Notes: generated by a model from the letters alone, not told the origin. A stretch of 64,000 bases of DNA from an uncultured delta proteobacterium (GCA_963808235.1 CAWEEQ010000004.1:1088001-1152000), one strand, 5' to 3'. Positions 1 through 11,314 are shown, numbered from the stretch's first letter. Translations and numbers: made by a program.

Positions 1-1119
1 CGCGCGGAAATGCTCGGCGAGCTGCTCCGGATGGCGAAGCTCGGCGTCGCAGTCGCGGGCACTCATGGCAAGACGACCACCACCGGCCTTATCGCGCTGA
101 TAATGGAGGAGGCCGGCCTCGATCCCACCGTCGCCGTCGGCGGTAATATCCGCAACACCGGCACCAACGTGCGCCTCGGACGCGGCGATTTTATGGTCGC
201 GGAAGCGGACGAGAGCGATGCGTCTTTTCTACTTTTGATTCCGACCATCGCAGTGGTGACCAATATCGATCCCGAGCATCTCGATCATTACGGCACGATG
301 GATCGGGTGCGCGAGGCGTTCCTGGATTTCATCAACCGGGTGCCGTTCTATGGCGTCTGCGTGCTCGGAATCGACAGTGTCAACGTGCGCGGGCTGGTCG
401 CGTCGATACGCAAGCCGATGGTGACCTACGGAGTTGCGCAGGACGCGGATTTGCGCGCCGAGAAGATCGTGATCGACGGACTCTCGACGACCTTCGAGGT
501 AGTTGCGCGGGGCGAGCGGCTCGGCACAGTGACGATTCCGACGCCCGGGATTCACGTTGCGTTGAATTCGATTGCGGCGATCGCGGTTGCGATGGAAATT
601 GGAATCAGTTTCGAGCAGGCGAGGGCGGCGCTCGCGAAGTTTGGCGGAATCAGCCGGCGCTTCGAGATCAAGGGCGAGGCCGCGGGACGAATCGTGCTCG
701 ACGACTATGCGCATCATCCGGCAGAAGTCCGCGCGACGCTTGCCGCGGTTCGTGCTTCGTTCAAGCGACGCGTAGTAGCGGTTTTCCAGCCGCATCGGTA
801 CACGCGGCTGCGCGATCTGTTCGACGATTTTCTTTCCGCCTTCGATGACGCCGACGTTCTCTACCTGTTCGAGGTCTATCCCGCGGGCGAAGAACCAATC
901 GCCGACGTCTCCGCGCGCCGCCTTTACGAAGCGCTGCGCGCACGAGGGCATCTCGAGGTTCATTACCTTGGCGCGGAGGAGAATCCCGCGGCACGAATCG
1001 CGGCAGGCTCGCGCGCGGGCGACGTGATCGCGACGCTCGGCGCCGGCGATATCTACCGGATGGGCACCGAGATTCTGGACGCACTTGCCGGCGAGGTCAA
1101 AATCCATGAAGGCGCTTGA
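1..1119 (+). CDS. murC: UDP-N-acetylmuramate--L-alanine ligase (5'-truncated by window edge)
   Basis: Motifs AGTHGKTTT, EADESD, DDYAHHP, FQPHRYTR; frame open from base 1; dcw context. Confidence 0.96.
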   Translation, partial: RAEMLGELLRMAKLGVAVAGTHGKTTTTGLIALIMEEAGLDPTVAVGGNIRNTGTNVRLGRGDFMVAEADESDASFLLLIPTIAVVTNIDPEHLDHYGTMDRVREAFLDFINRVPFYGVCVLGIDSVNVRGLVASIRKPMVTYGVAQDADLRAEKIVIDGLSTTFEVVARGERLGTVTIPTPGIHVALNSIAAIAVAMEIGISFEQARAALAKFGGISRRFEIKGEAAGRIVLDDYAHHPAEVRATLAAVRASFKRRVVAVFQPHRYTRLRDLFDDFLSAFDDADVLYLFEVYPAGEEPIADVSARRLYEALRARGHLEVHYLGAEENPAARIAAGSRAGDVIATLGAGDIYRMGTEILDALAGEVKIHEGA

Positions 1120-2015
1120 GCAGGAACTCAGCGCGCGCTTCGGTCCTCGCGTGAAGACCGCGATGCCGCTCAAAACGATGACTTCATTTCAGATCGGCGG
1201 ACCGGCGGATTTGTTCGTTACGGTCGAAGACGAAACCGAGTTGATGCACGCCAAGAGCGCCGCGTATCGTGCCAGCGTTCCGTGCTTCTGTCTCGGCGCG
1301 GGAACCAATCTGCTGATTAGCGATCGCGGGATGCGCGGGCTGGTGGTTCGGCTTGGCGACGGTTTCAAAAAAATAAATTTCGATGGCGACGGCGTCAAAG
1401 TAGTCGCGGGAGCCGCGGCGCAGTTCGGAACCCTGGTCGAGAGCGTGGTCGACCGGGGTTTAGAGGGGCTCGAATTCGGCGAAGGGATTCCCGGCACGGT
1501 CGGCGGCGGGCTGGTCATGAATGCGGGCGCGTTCGGCGGCGAGATCGCGAAGGTCGTCACGCTGGTGCATGGCGTGACCGAGGACGGCAGAGCGCTCGCG
1601 CTGACCAGGGACGACGTGAAGTTCGCCTATCGGCGCACCGAGTTGCCGGCCCATTTCACCATCACGCGAGTGGACTTCGCGCTGGTCCACGGCAATCGCG
1701 AACGGCTGATGGCAAGAGTTGCGGAACTCAAGGCCAAGCGTGCGTCGCGGCAGCCGCGCGGGGTTCCGAATGCGGGATCTGATCTTCAAAAATCCTCCCG
1801 GCAATTTTGCGGGACGGTTGCTCGAGGGCGCGGGTTTGAAAGGGACCCGAGTCGGCGGCGCCGCGTTTTCGGATCAGCATGCGAATTTTATCGTGAACCT
1901 CGGCGGCGCGCAGGCGGCCGAAGTTCGCGAACTTATCGAGATGGCGCGGATCAAGGTCAAGGAGCAAAGCGGCGTCTGGCTTGAACCGGAAGTGAAGCTG
2001 GTCGGCGATTGGTGA
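1106..2015 (+). CDS. murB: UDP-N-acetylenolpyruvoylglucosamine reductase, frameshifted near 1780
   Basis: [15 protein letters not shown] in ORF 1085..1984; NAGS|IFKNP and HANFIVN...LEPEV continue in ORF 1719..2015; one extra base, probably a sequencing error. Confidence 0.93.
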
Positions 2016-2044
2016 GGTCCTGAATTTGAACTGATCGGCGACTG

Positions 2045-2879
2045 GTGAGGAAGGTTGTGGCGGTGGCGAGGCGGAGGGAAGAAAAGGTGGTGGCGGGTTG
2101 GAACGCGCGGATGGGCGGGCTGGTGTTGTGCGCTTTTTTTGCGCTCGGCGTCATGACCGGCTTCAGCACCACCGGTCGCGCGGTCGCGCTCAGAACTTCC
2201 GACACTCTCATTTCGTACCAGGGCCGATTCATGAATTCGATCGCACCGGCGCGCGCCGTTGCGTCGAATTATGCCGCCGTGGTTATCGAGTGGGCAGCGC
2301 GGGCCGGACTTTACCATCGTATCGTTCACAGTCCCGGCGCGGCCGCGATATCGGCGCGCGACATGCGCGATGGAGCGATCGCGATTGTCGAGCGGCGCGA
2401 CGGATTCTACCAACTCTTCGCGGGCGGCGAGCTTCGCGGTCCGGTATCGCCCAGTACGCAGACGGACTTGCCGGTGTTGAGCGGGCCGGCGGTCGAAACG
2501 CGCAACCGGAAATCAGATGGTCGAATACGCCGCGGTTCTGGTCCGCGCGGAGACGCAACTTTCAGAAATAATTTCCGAAATGCAGATCGCCGATGACGGC
2601 ACCGGGTCATTGTTCCTCGAGCGCGAGCGAACCGAAGTTGTGATCGATCTTGATCGCGCGCCGGCGGAACTTCAGCGCGCGATTGAAGTTAGATCGCAGT
2701 GGCAGGGACGCGAGAATCTTCTCGCAGCGCTCGATTTGACCACCCCCGGACAGGTCGTGGTGCGGCTCCATGGCGTCGACGACGCCGCATCGAAGCATCG
2801 CAGCGCGATTCGCAAAGTTTCCAATCTGACTCGTGACGTTGACCAAACTGCGGACGCTGGCTTGCGGAGGAGTCCGTAA
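2045..2879 (+). CDS. ftsQ: divergent FtsQ/DivIB-like cell division protein, frameshifted near 2500-2515
   Basis: Lies between murB and ftsA; N-terminal TM segment; DLPVLSG, LSEI and LDL C-terminal pattern split across ORFs 2045..2596 and 2517..2879. Confidence 0.62.
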
Positions 2880-2883
2880 CGCG

Positions 2884-4101
2884 ATGAGAAACCTGCTTAC
2901 CGGACTGGACGTCGGCACCAGCAAAGTCTGCGCACTGATCGGAGAGGCGCTTGCCGACGGACAGCTCGCGACGCTCGGCTACGGAGTCGCGCCGTGCACC
3001 GGCCTGCGCAAGGGCGTGGTGGTCAATATCGAAGCGACCGTCGATGCGATCAAAACGGCGGTCGAGGAAGCGGAGAAGACTTCCGGCGCGCGAATCGGTT
3101 CGGTCGTGGTCGGCGTCGCGGGCCCGCATATCCGGGGCCTCAACAGTCACGGAATCGTCGCGGTGCGCGGCGGAGAGGTTGGCGCGCGCGACGTCGATCG
3201 CGTGATCGACGCTGCTCGCGCGGTCGCGATCCCGCTCGATCGCCAGGTTCTGCATATCCTGCCGCAACAGTTCGCGGTTGACGAACAAGAGGGCGTGCGC
3301 GAGCCGCTCGGGATGGCCGGGGTGCGGCTCGAGGCGCGGATACATATCGTGACCGCCGCGCAGAGTTACGGCCAGAATCTCACCAAGTGCTGCGAGCGCG
3401 CGGGCGTGACGCCGTCGGAGATGGTCTTTCAGCCGCTCGCCTCGGCGGACGCGGCGCTCTTTCCAGAGGAGCGCGAGCTTGGCGTCGCGCTGATCGACAT
3501 CGGCGGCGGCACCACCGACATCATCGTGTTTCACGGTGGCGCCGTGATGCATACCGCGGTGCTGCCAATCGGCGGCAACCATCTTACCAGCGATATCGCG
3601 GCGGGATTGCGCACGCCGATCTCCGATGCGGAGCGGCTCAAGATCACCTACGGCGTCGCCACCAATCTGATCGTTCGGCGCGATGAGATGGTGCAGGTGC
3701 CCGGCGTCGGCGGACGCGAGCCGCGAGTGATCGCGCGCCGGATGCTCGGCGAGATTATCGAGCCGCGGATGGAGGAGATCTTCTCGATGGTCCAGCGCGA
3801 GCTGATGCGCTCGGGCGTGGCCGACGGCCTCGCGTCGGGAATCGTGCTGGTCGGAGGCACTTCGCTGCTCGAAGGCACCCAGGAACTCGCCGAGCGAATC
3901 TTCGGAGTGCCGGTGCGGCGCGGACTTCCGATCAACTTGAAGGGACTGCCCGAAGAGTTGATGAAGCCGATGTACACCACCGCCGCCGGACTGCTGCTTT
4001 ACCAGAGCGCGGCGCGCGGAGTCGGCAACGGCGTTGGCCGCAGCGGGCGCCTTGGCAGGCTGCGATCGCGCCTTAGCGATTGGGTGAGGGACTTCTTTTG
4101 A
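2884..4101 (+). CDS. ftsA: cell division protein FtsA
   Basis: [36 protein letters not shown]; precedes ftsZ. Confidence 0.97.
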   Translation: MRNLLTGLDVGTSKVCALIGEALADGQLATLGYGVAPCTGLRKGVVVNIEATVDAIKTAVEEAEKTSGARIGSVVVGVAGPHIRGLNSHGIVAVRGGEVGARDVDRVIDAARAVAIPLDRQVLHILPQQFAVDEQEGVREPLGMAGVRLEARIHIVTAAQSYGQNLTKCCERAGVTPSEMVFQPLASADAALFPEERELGVALIDIGGGTTDIIVFHGGAVMHTAVLPIGGNHLTSDIAAGLRTPISDAERLKITYGVATNLIVRRDEMVQVPGVGGREPRVIARRMLGEIIEPRMEEIFSMVQRELMRSGVADGLASGIVLVGGTSLLEGTQELAERIFGVPVRRGLPINLKGLPEELMKPMYTTAAGLLLYQSAARGVGNGVGRSGRLGRLRSRLSDWVRDFF

Positions 4102-4169
4102 GTCGTCGCCATAAACAGAAATTAATTGGGCAACAAATTTTGCCGGTAGGTGCTGGAGGAGGATCTGTG

Positions 4170-5445
4170 ATGATTGAGTTGGTGAGTAATCCCGACCCGG
4201 GTGCAAGGATTAAGGTAATTGGCGCTGGCGGATGCGGCGGCAATGCGGTCAACCACATGATTTCGGTGGGCCTGCGCAACGTCGATTTCTGCGCCGTGAA
4301 TACCGATATCCAGGCGCTCCAGAATAATCATGCGCCGCTCAGAATCCAGATCGGCGATGAAATTACGCGCGGGCGCGGAACCGGCGGCAACCCGGAGATC
4401 GGGCGCAAGGCGGCTCTGGAAGACGAAGAGCGGCTTCGCGAAATCCTCGCCGATGCGGAGATGGTCTTCGTCACCGCCGGGATGGGCGGCGGCACCGGCA
4501 CCGGATCGGCGCCGGTCATCGCGCGGATCGCGCGCGAGCTCGGCGCTCTGACCGTCGGCGTCGTCACCAAGCCGTTCCAGTTCGAGGGACGCCGTCGAAT
4601 GGCGCAGGCCGAAGACGGACTCCGCGAATTGAAAAACGCGGTCGACACGCTGATCACGATCCCGAATCAGCGCCTGCTTTCCGTCGCGAGCAAAAACACC
4701 TCGCTCAAGGAATCGTTCCAGAAAGCCGACGACGTGCTGCTACAGGCGGTGCGCGGAATCTCCGAGCTGGTAACCGTCCACGGGCTCATCAACCTCGATT
4801 TCGCCGACGTGCGATCGATCATGGCGGAGATGGGGATGGCGATGATGGGCGCGGCTACCGCGTCGGGTGAAAACCGCGCGGTCGAGGCGGCCCAGCGCGC
4901 GATCTCCAGCCCACTGCTCGAAGACGTTTCAATCAAGGGCGCGCGCGGCCTGCTGATCAACGTGACCGGCGGCTCGGATCTGGCGCTGTACGAAGTCAAC
5001 GAGGCGGCGAGCCTGATCCAGGAAGAGGCGCACGAAGACGCCAACATCATTTTCGGCGCCGTGATCGACGAAGGCATGAGCGACGAAATCCGCGTCACCG
5101 TAATCGCGACCGGATTCGGCGATTTGGAAAAACATTCGTCGCGCTATTCGCCGTCCGGCGCACCGGTCACCACGCCGATCGCGGCGGCCTCGACCCGGCC
5201 GGTCGATCCGATGGAAGTTAAGCCCGCCGCGCCGGCCGCAAGCAGGTCAGGTCCGGATGTTCCCCGGCAACAAGCCGGTGCGCAAAATGGGGCTGATCGT
5301 CGACGACAACGCGCTCGACATCCCGGCATTCAGACGCCGCGGCGAAGAAGGCCTCGCCGAAGGAGAAAGGCTCGAGCCAAATTCGCTGCTCGACGGCGAC
5401 GACAAACTCGACATCCCAACTTTCTTGAGAAAGCATCTCGACTGA
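4170..5445 (+). CDS. ftsZ: cell division protein FtsZ, frameshifted in the C-terminal linker (~5240-5256)
   Basis: GGAGGAGG RBS; GMGGGTGTG signature; INLDFADV; C-terminal LDIPTFLRK found in ORF 5257..5445. Confidence 0.97.
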
Positions 5446-5481
5446 TCGGCGGCAGCGGGTGCGCGACAATCACAGCACCAA

Positions 5482-5523
5482 AAACGCGGCGCCGCGAGTC
5501 CATCGACTCGCGGCGCCGCGTTT
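5482..5523. terminator. bidirectional intrinsic terminator between convergent ftsZ and pckG
   Basis: 19-bp perfect stem aaacgcggcgccgcgagtc / gactcgcggcgccgcgttt with a 4-nt loop. Confidence 0.8.
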
Positions 5524-5546
5524 GCGCCAAAAAATTGAGAACTGTC

Positions 5547-7364
5547 TTACCGGCCGGCTGCGATTCGGCCTTCTGATGGGCCGGCGTTGAGTGCCGCGAG
5601 GATTTTCTTGCGCCGCTCCGTCAATTCTTTCGGCATCGTCGGACCGATCTTTTCGAAAAACTCCGCCGCCGATTCGAGCTCCGCGGTCCATTCCTCGGGA
5701 CGCACTGCGAGCGCTTCTCCCGCACCGCCTTGGGCGCCAGGTCGAGGCCCTTCAGATCGAGGTCAGCTTCGTTGGGCACGATTCCGACCGGCGTCTCGCG
5801 TCCGCCCGCGCGTCCATGGATTCGATCGAGCATCCACTTCAGCACGCGCAGATTTTCGCCATAACCCGGCCAGATGAAATTGCCGTCCGCGCCTTTGCGA
5901 AACCAATTAACCATGAAGATGCGCGGTGGCTTTTTGATCGCAGGCGCGCATCTTGAGCCAATGCGCGAAATAGTCGCCGATGTTGTAGCCGCAGAACGGG
6001 AGCATCGCCATCGGATCGCGGCGCAGCACGCCGACCGCTCCTGAAGCCGCCGCGGTCGTTTCGGAACCCATCGTCGCGCCCATGAAAACGCCCTGCGCCC
6101 AGTCCGTCGACTCGAGTACCAGCGGCACCGTCGAGGCGCGCCGCCCGCCGAAGATGATCGCCGAAATCGGCACACCCTTAGGTTCGTCGGCAGCCGGTGA
6201 CCATGCGGGATTGTTGCGCATCGGAGTCGTGAAGCGGCTATTCGGATGCGCCGCCTTGTCCTTCGACGTTTTGCTCCACGGGCGCCCCTGCCAATCGAGC
6301 ATCCCGTCGACTGCGGGCACGTCCATCCCTTCCCACCACACATCGCCGTCAGCAGTCATCGCGACGTTGGTGAAAATCGAATCGTGCTCGACCATCTTCA
6401 TCGCGTTCAGATTCGATTTCGCGCTGGTTCCTGGCGCCACGCCGAAGTATCCATTTTCCGGATTGATCGCCCACAGACCGCCGTCAGGCCCGACCTTCAG
6501 CCACGCAATATCGTCGCCGACCGTGAAGACCTTCCATCCTTTGAGCTCGGCCGGCGGGGTCAGCATCGCAAGATTGGTCTTGCCGCATGCGCTCGGAAAA
6601 GCCGCCGCGACATAAGTGGTCTCGCCCTCAGGACTTTGCAGGCCGAGGATCAGCATGTGCTCCGCGAGCCATCCCTCGTCGCGTCCGAGCGCACTTGCGA
6701 TTCGAAGCGCGAAACATTTCTTGCTCAGCAGAGCATTGCCGCCGTAGCCGCTGCCCACCGAGATGATCGTATTGTCTTTTGGAAAATGGCAAATCAGCCG
6801 CCGCTCCGGATTCAGGTCGAGCGTGCAATGAATTCCGCGATTGAAATTATTTGACTCGCCGAGTTGCGCGAGCGCCGCGGAGCCCATCCGCGTCATGATT
6901 CGCATGTTCAGCACAACATAGATGCTGTCGGTCAGCTCCACGCCGACCTTCGAGAACGGCGACCCGATCGGGCCCATCACGTACGGCACCACGTACATCG
7001 TGCGCCCGCGCATCGATCCGTCGAGCCATCCACGCAGCTTCGCGTAAGTTTCTTTGGGGTCGGACCAGTTGTTGGTAGGGCCCGCTTCTTCGCGAGTTTC
7101 GGTGCATACGAACGTCAGTTGCTCGGTGCGCGCGACGTCGTTCGGGTTCGATCGATGCAGATAACAGCCGGGACGTTTCGTTTGGTTGAGCGGAATCAGA
7201 ATCCCGGCATCGACAGCTTGCTGCGTCAGGCGATTTCGCTCGGCCTCGGACCCGTCACACCAGACGACGGCATCGGGCCGGGTGAGGAGCGCGACTTCGC
7301 TTACCCAATCGTTGAGCGCTCGGCTGGCTGTCGGAGAATTGTTCTTTTCGGGATTCGGCGTCAC
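5547..7364 (-). CDS. pckG: phosphoenolpyruvate carboxykinase (GTP), two frameshifts (~5945 and ~5715)
   Basis: [42 protein letters not shown]...WPGYGEN.RVLKW; GTG start with GGAG RBS; stop TAA at 5547-5549. Confidence 0.95.
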
Positions 7365-7520
7365 TTCGATTCGCTCCACTTGTGCCTCTATTGTAATTAT
7401 TAGCAACCACACGGCAACCAATCTCGGATCGTAATATCTAGATTAGCAGATCGGAAGAATCAAGGGGACTATTATAAGCGGTTCTTCACGGCCCGAGCGC
7501 ATCAAAAAGCGCCTCGGCAG

Positions 7521-7550
7521 AAAAAAACGCCCCGGAATTACCCGAGGCGT
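7521..7550 (-). terminator. intrinsic terminator of the ferritin-like operon
   Basis: Minus strand reads acgcctcgggtaattccggggcg followed by a T run, just after the stop of 7583..8353. Confidence 0.65.
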
Positions 7551-7582
7551 CTCAAAGAGATCGCGATTTGAAACGGCGCCGA

Positions 7583-8353
7583 TCAGTAAGCCGCGCTCTT
7601 GCGCGCCGATTCAATCAGCCGCTGGATCTCTTCTTCGGTGAATCCCGCCAGCATCCGCGCCTCTTTCGCAATCGACACGACTTGTCCGTCGTCGTTCTCG
7701 ATATCTTCCTGCGCGCGCCGTCCGCCGCGGAAGTTGAAGACCGAATCGACCATCTCCTGGAACTCTTGCGCTTTTTTGAGCCGCTCGGGGTCGCCCTCGG
7801 TCAACTTGCGCATCCACTTCGAGCCCATCCGGACGTGAGTGATCTCGTCTGCGAGTACGTAATCCACCGAGCGCTCGATCACTTCGTCGCCGTTGCGCTG
7901 CGCGATCCGAATCAGCTGATCGAAGACGTCGCACGCAAGTCCCTCGAGTCCGCGATTTATTCCGGCGACTCGCGCCGCGGGATCCATCGCCTGGGTGCAT
8001 CGCCACAAAATTTCCGTCTCGACGTAGTCGCCCGGATGCCCTCCCATGTACTCGACCAGGCGCTGGAAAATCTCGCTGTGGCGCGCTTCGTCCCATACCT
8101 GGCGCGCCATGTCGAGCTGGAATTCCCACGGCGCGTCGGGAAAATCGAACAGCGTGCGTCCGGCCGCCTCCATCGCCTGCAACTCGCCGGTGTAAATCCC
8201 ATGCAGGCGCGAGCGCAGCGTTTCCTCGTCGAAGGGCAGGGGACGTCCACCGTCGAGTCCCTGCTCTTCGCGGATTTCGCGGACTTGGCGGCTGCGCATC
8301 ACGACCCAATTGTCGGGCCGCGCGAGGCGATCAACTGGAATGCACTTCTGCAT
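7583..8353 (-). CDS. ferritin-like diiron protein (DUF455-like), paralog 2
   Basis: Carboxylate diiron pattern: GELQAME, DEARH, LEGLACD, DEITH. Confidence 0.8.
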   Translation of the reverse strand: MQKCIPVDRLARPDNWVVMRSRQVREIREEQGLDGGRPLPFDEETLRSRLHGIYTGELQAMEAAGRTLFDFPDAPWEFQLDMARQVWDEARHSEIFQRLVEYMGGHPGDYVETEILWRCTQAMDPAARVAGINRGLEGLACDVFDQLIRIAQRNGDEVIERSVDYVLADEITHVRMGSKWMRKLTEGDPERLKKAQEFQEMVDSVFNFRGGRRAQEDIENDDGQVVSIAKEARMLAGFTEEEIQRLIESARKSAAY

Positions 8354-8378
8354 AATTCATTTCCTCTGATTCGACGCT

Positions 8379-9179
8379 CTAGTATGCCGAGCTTTTGCCG
8401 AAGCCTTTGACGAGCCGGTCGATCTCTTCTTCGGTGAAGCCCGCGAGCAGACGCGCCTCGCGCGCAATCGTGATACCCGAGTCGATTTCGATTTCCTTAT
8501 CGCCGACGCGCTGCTTGATTTGCCCGGCCTGCTCGACAAAGGTGCGGCCGCCGCCGAAGTTGAAAAGATCGTCGATGCTGTTCTGGAAGTCCTGCGCCTT
8601 TTTGAAACGCTCGGGGTCGCCTTCGGTGAGCTGGCGCATCCATTTCGAGCCCATCCGCACGTGCGTGATTTCGTCGGCCAGCACGTAATCCACCGAGCGT
8701 TCGATAATCGGATCGCCCATCTTCTGCGCAAGCCGGATCAGCTGCTCGAAGACGTCGCACGCGAGCCCTTCGAGTCCGCGATTTATTCCCGCCACTCGCG
8801 CCGCCGGATCCTCGGCCTGCGTGCAAGACCACAATACTTCGCCCTCGGGAAATTCGCCGTAGTAGGACCCGACGTATTCGAGCAGCTTCAAATAAATCTC
8901 CGCGTGGCGCGATTCGTCCCACACCTGGCGCGCCATGTCGAGCTGGAATTCCCACGGTGCGTCGGGAAAATCGTAGAGCGTGCGCCCGGCCGCTTCCATC
9001 GCCTGGAACTCGCCGGCGCAGATTCCGTGCAGGCGCGATTTCAGGAAATCCTCCTCGTACGGCATCGCGTTGGCTGCCGCGAGTCCCTGTTCGGTGCGTG
9101 CGTTTCGCAATCGCTGCGCCGGCAGCAGAACGTGGTCCTCGGGCCGCGCGAGTTTGTCGACGGAAATCATTCGCTGCAT
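8379..9179 (-). CDS. ferritin-like diiron protein (DUF455-like), paralog 1
   Basis: GEFQAME, DESRH, LEGLACD, DEITH; long identical stretches shared with 7583..8353. Confidence 0.8.
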   Translation of the reverse strand: MQRMISVDKLARPEDHVLLPAQRLRNARTEQGLAAANAMPYEEDFLKSRLHGICAGEFQAMEAAGRTLYDFPDAPWEFQLDMARQVWDESRHAEIYLKLLEYVGSYYGEFPEGEVLWSCTQAEDPAARVAGINRGLEGLACDVFEQLIRLAQKMGDPIIERSVDYVLADEITHVRMGSKWMRQLTEGDPERFKKAQDFQNSIDDLFNFGGGRTFVEQAGQIKQRVGDKEIEIDSGITIAREARLLAGFTEEEIDRLVKGFGKSSAY

Positions 9180-9194
9180 GATGATGACGCTCCT

Positions 9195-9581
9195 CTACTT
9201 GGTCCAGGCCGATCGCCGGCCGGTCAAATTCAAAACTTCACGCACCGTCCATCTGCCGGCTTCTTCGCCGAGCCGAAATTGAATTGTGAACGGCTCAACG
9301 TCACTGCCGCTTAAGCGCGCCTTCAAAAAATAATGCTTGGCGACGCGTCCGCGCCCGAGCAGCTCGAACTTATCATAGGCGCCCGGCTTGAGCGCACTCG
9401 TGATTCGCGCGATATCCTCGCGCGCTTGCGCAGTCGTCATGCCTTCGACCGCCGCCAGATCGCCGCGCATCATCGCGGTCAGTAGCTGTCCCGCCGCGGC
9501 GAGCATCGCGGCCGGCGGCTCGACTACTTTGCCGATCGGCTGCGGCCCCATCACGTTGCCGCGATCTCCAAGGTCAGGCAT
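9195..9581 (-). CDS. small hypothetical protein (possible NTF2/cystatin-like fold)
   Basis: ATG overlaps the upstream stop; helix-GD-helix, then beta strands ending RWTVREVLNLTGRRSAW. Confidence 0.65.
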   Translation of the reverse strand: MPDLGDRGNVMGPQPIGKVVEPPAAMLAAAGQLLTAMMRGDLAAVEGMTTAQAREDIARITSALKPGAYDKFELLGRGRVAKHYFLKARLSGSDVEPFTIQFRLGEEAGRWTVREVLNLTGRRSAWTK

Positions 9582-9970
9582 TGCCATTCTCCGCACGCAC
9601 TTGCGCGGCCGCGGCCGCAAGCGTGGGCACGTCGCTCCACGGCGAGCGCTTGTTGGTCGTGTCCTCGACGCCCGCGATCATCCATGTGCCGCCGGCATCT
9701 TTGCGCCATCGATAGAGCACGCGCCGATGCGCCCCCGTGCCAACGATCCTCAGCTTCGAGATATATTGTCCGCCGATCTTCGCGAGCGCCAGCGTCTCGA
9801 CCGCGAGCGGCTTTTGCAGTCGTGCGATCTCCGCCGCAGCTCTGTCGATACGCATCGATTGCATCGCGATGCGCATATTTCTCGGCCCCGCCGATATCGC
9901 CGTCGGCAATCGCCTTCGCATGCGCCGCGATCGTCTCGCGCAATTCCGTCGTGTCGTAGGGTTGCTTCAT
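9574..9970 (-). CDS. small hypothetical protein, paralog of 9195..9581, frameshifted near 9848
   Basis: N-terminus in ORF 9551..9970 and C-terminus in ORF 9574..9921 (TWMIAGVEDTTNKRSPW). Confidence 0.6.
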
Positions 9971-9982
9971 TGGATTCGTAAC

Positions 9983-10603
9983 TTAGCTCCGTCCAACTTT
10001 CCGGCGCGGTTCCGGTGCATCAGTTTCAAAGCCGGTCACTCCGCCCGAAGCGCCGAGCAGACCTTCCAGATGCGATTGCCACTCGGAGGCCCTCCGATGC
10101 TTCTCCTTCGAATCGAGCAACTCCTCCAGCAGCACGTTGCCTCGCTCGACGTGTCCTTTCTCTTCTTCGACCAGCCGCTCCAGGATTCTGAGCGTCGGCG
10201 GCTCGTACACGGGATTCATCGCCGACACGTGAGAGCTGTAATGAGAAATCAGATGCGGCTTCAGCACGCGGTAGATTCCGACCAGCCGCTCGATCGTGTC
10301 CTCCCACTCCTCCTTGTCCTCGATAGCGTTCATGAATGTGACGAACGCTTCGTTAGGCGGCTTGGAGACCTGCGGCTGCGCGCGCAGCTCTGGGAGCCGC
10401 TTTCCGAGCGCGTCGGTATGGAGCGCGTCGTCATACACCTGCTTCGCCATCTCGAGCTTGACCGCGAGTTCCGGCGTCAGCGCGATCCAGCCGGCCATCA
10501 TGCGCATCATCCGTTCTTCGGCGTAGCGGTAATTTTGAATATAGATGACGCTCTGGCGGACGCTGTAAACGCCCTCGAGAGTTCGCCGATCGTATAGTGC
10601 CAT
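9983..10603 (-). CDS. ferritin-like protein with a degenerate metal site
   Basis: YAEE, DDALH, EEEKGH; AGGAG RBS. Confidence 0.7.
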   Translation of the reverse strand: MALYDRRTLEGVYSVRQSVIYIQNYRYAEERMMRMMAGWIALTPELAVKLEMAKQVYDDALHTDALGKRLPELRAQPQVSKPPNEAFVTFMNAIEDKEEWEDTIERLVGIYRVLKPHLISHYSSHVSAMNPVYEPPTLRILERLVEEEKGHVERGNVLLEELLDSKEKHRRASEWQSHLEGLLGASGGVTGFETDAPEPRRKVGRS

Positions 10604-10645
10604 GCCCACGACTCCTGCTTTCGATTTCGCGATAGCGCTCGAGTG

Positions 10646-11314
10646 TCAGCGCCCCAATGGCACGGGCGTCCCTGCCCGTGATCCGTTCCCGAAAAAACGT
10701 CCTTCGACGATCGCCGCAATCTCGCGCCAGTAAGTTTCCTTGTCGGTGCCTTTGAGATTGTTCGCGCCCATCGCCCATCCCGCGCACAACATATGAATCG
10801 CATGGACCGCGCTGCGCGCATCTTCAAAATGAATCTCGCCCATTTGCTTTCCGCGCTCGATAATCTCCGCGACCGCGCCCAGGTAGTCGCGGCCGATCTT
10901 CTTCATCGCGGTGCGATACTGCGCGCGGCGCTCCAGGTAGCGCGCCTCATGATGCAACACATTGAACGCCTCGCGGTATTTGTCGATCACGTCCAGGATC
11001 GCGCGCATCACGTCGATAAGCTCGCGACGCGGGTCGCCCGCAGTGCGCGCGCGAATCGCCGGCAGCATCTCGACAAACTCGGCCACCATCGACTCCGCGA
11101 TCAGCGGAATGATCTCGTCCTTGCTGTCGAGATAAAGATAGATCGAACCCGCGGCGAGCCCCGCCTCGAGCGCAAGCTCCTTGACCGAGGCCTCGTGAAA
11201 CGACTTGCGCGCCAGCACCCGGCAAGCAGCCAGAAAAATCTGCCGCCGCCGCGCCTTGACGAGTTTCCCGTCATCCTGCGCGGGCGTCCGTATAGCTTCA
11301 GCAGTTCGCGCCAT
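10646..11314 (-). CDS. TetR/AcrR family transcriptional regulator
   Basis: N-terminal HTH: RRRQIFLAA...ASVKELALEAGLAAGSIYLYLDSKDEI. Confidence 0.92.
   Translation of the reverse strand: MARTAEAIRTPAQDDGKLVKARRRQIFLAACRVLARKSFHEASVKELALEAGLAAGSIYLYLDSKDEIIPLIAESMVAEFVEMLPAIRARTAGDPRRELIDVMRAILDVIDKYREAFNVLHHEARYLERRAQYRTAMKKIGRDYLGAVAEIIERGKQMGEIHFEDARSAVHAIHMLCAGWAMGANNLKGTDKETYWREIAAIVEGRFFGNGSRAGTPVPLGR
10658..10682. repeat. REP-like palindrome family A (TGGCACGGGCGTCCCTGCCCGTGAT), copy inside the tetR 3' end
   Basis: Identical to the copies at 41002-41026 and 41197-41221. Confidence 0.85.

Noticed and set aside
2689-4206. Long antisense ORFs (also 30491..31816, 33400..34497, 57151..58317, 58405..59775, 22008..23129)
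   Set aside because: Shadow frames of well-supported genes in GC-rich DNA, with no recognisable motifs
1775-5256. Programmed ribosomal frameshifting in murB, ftsQ or ftsZ
   Set aside because: No slippery heptamers at the breaks, and similar indels are scattered through unrelated genes
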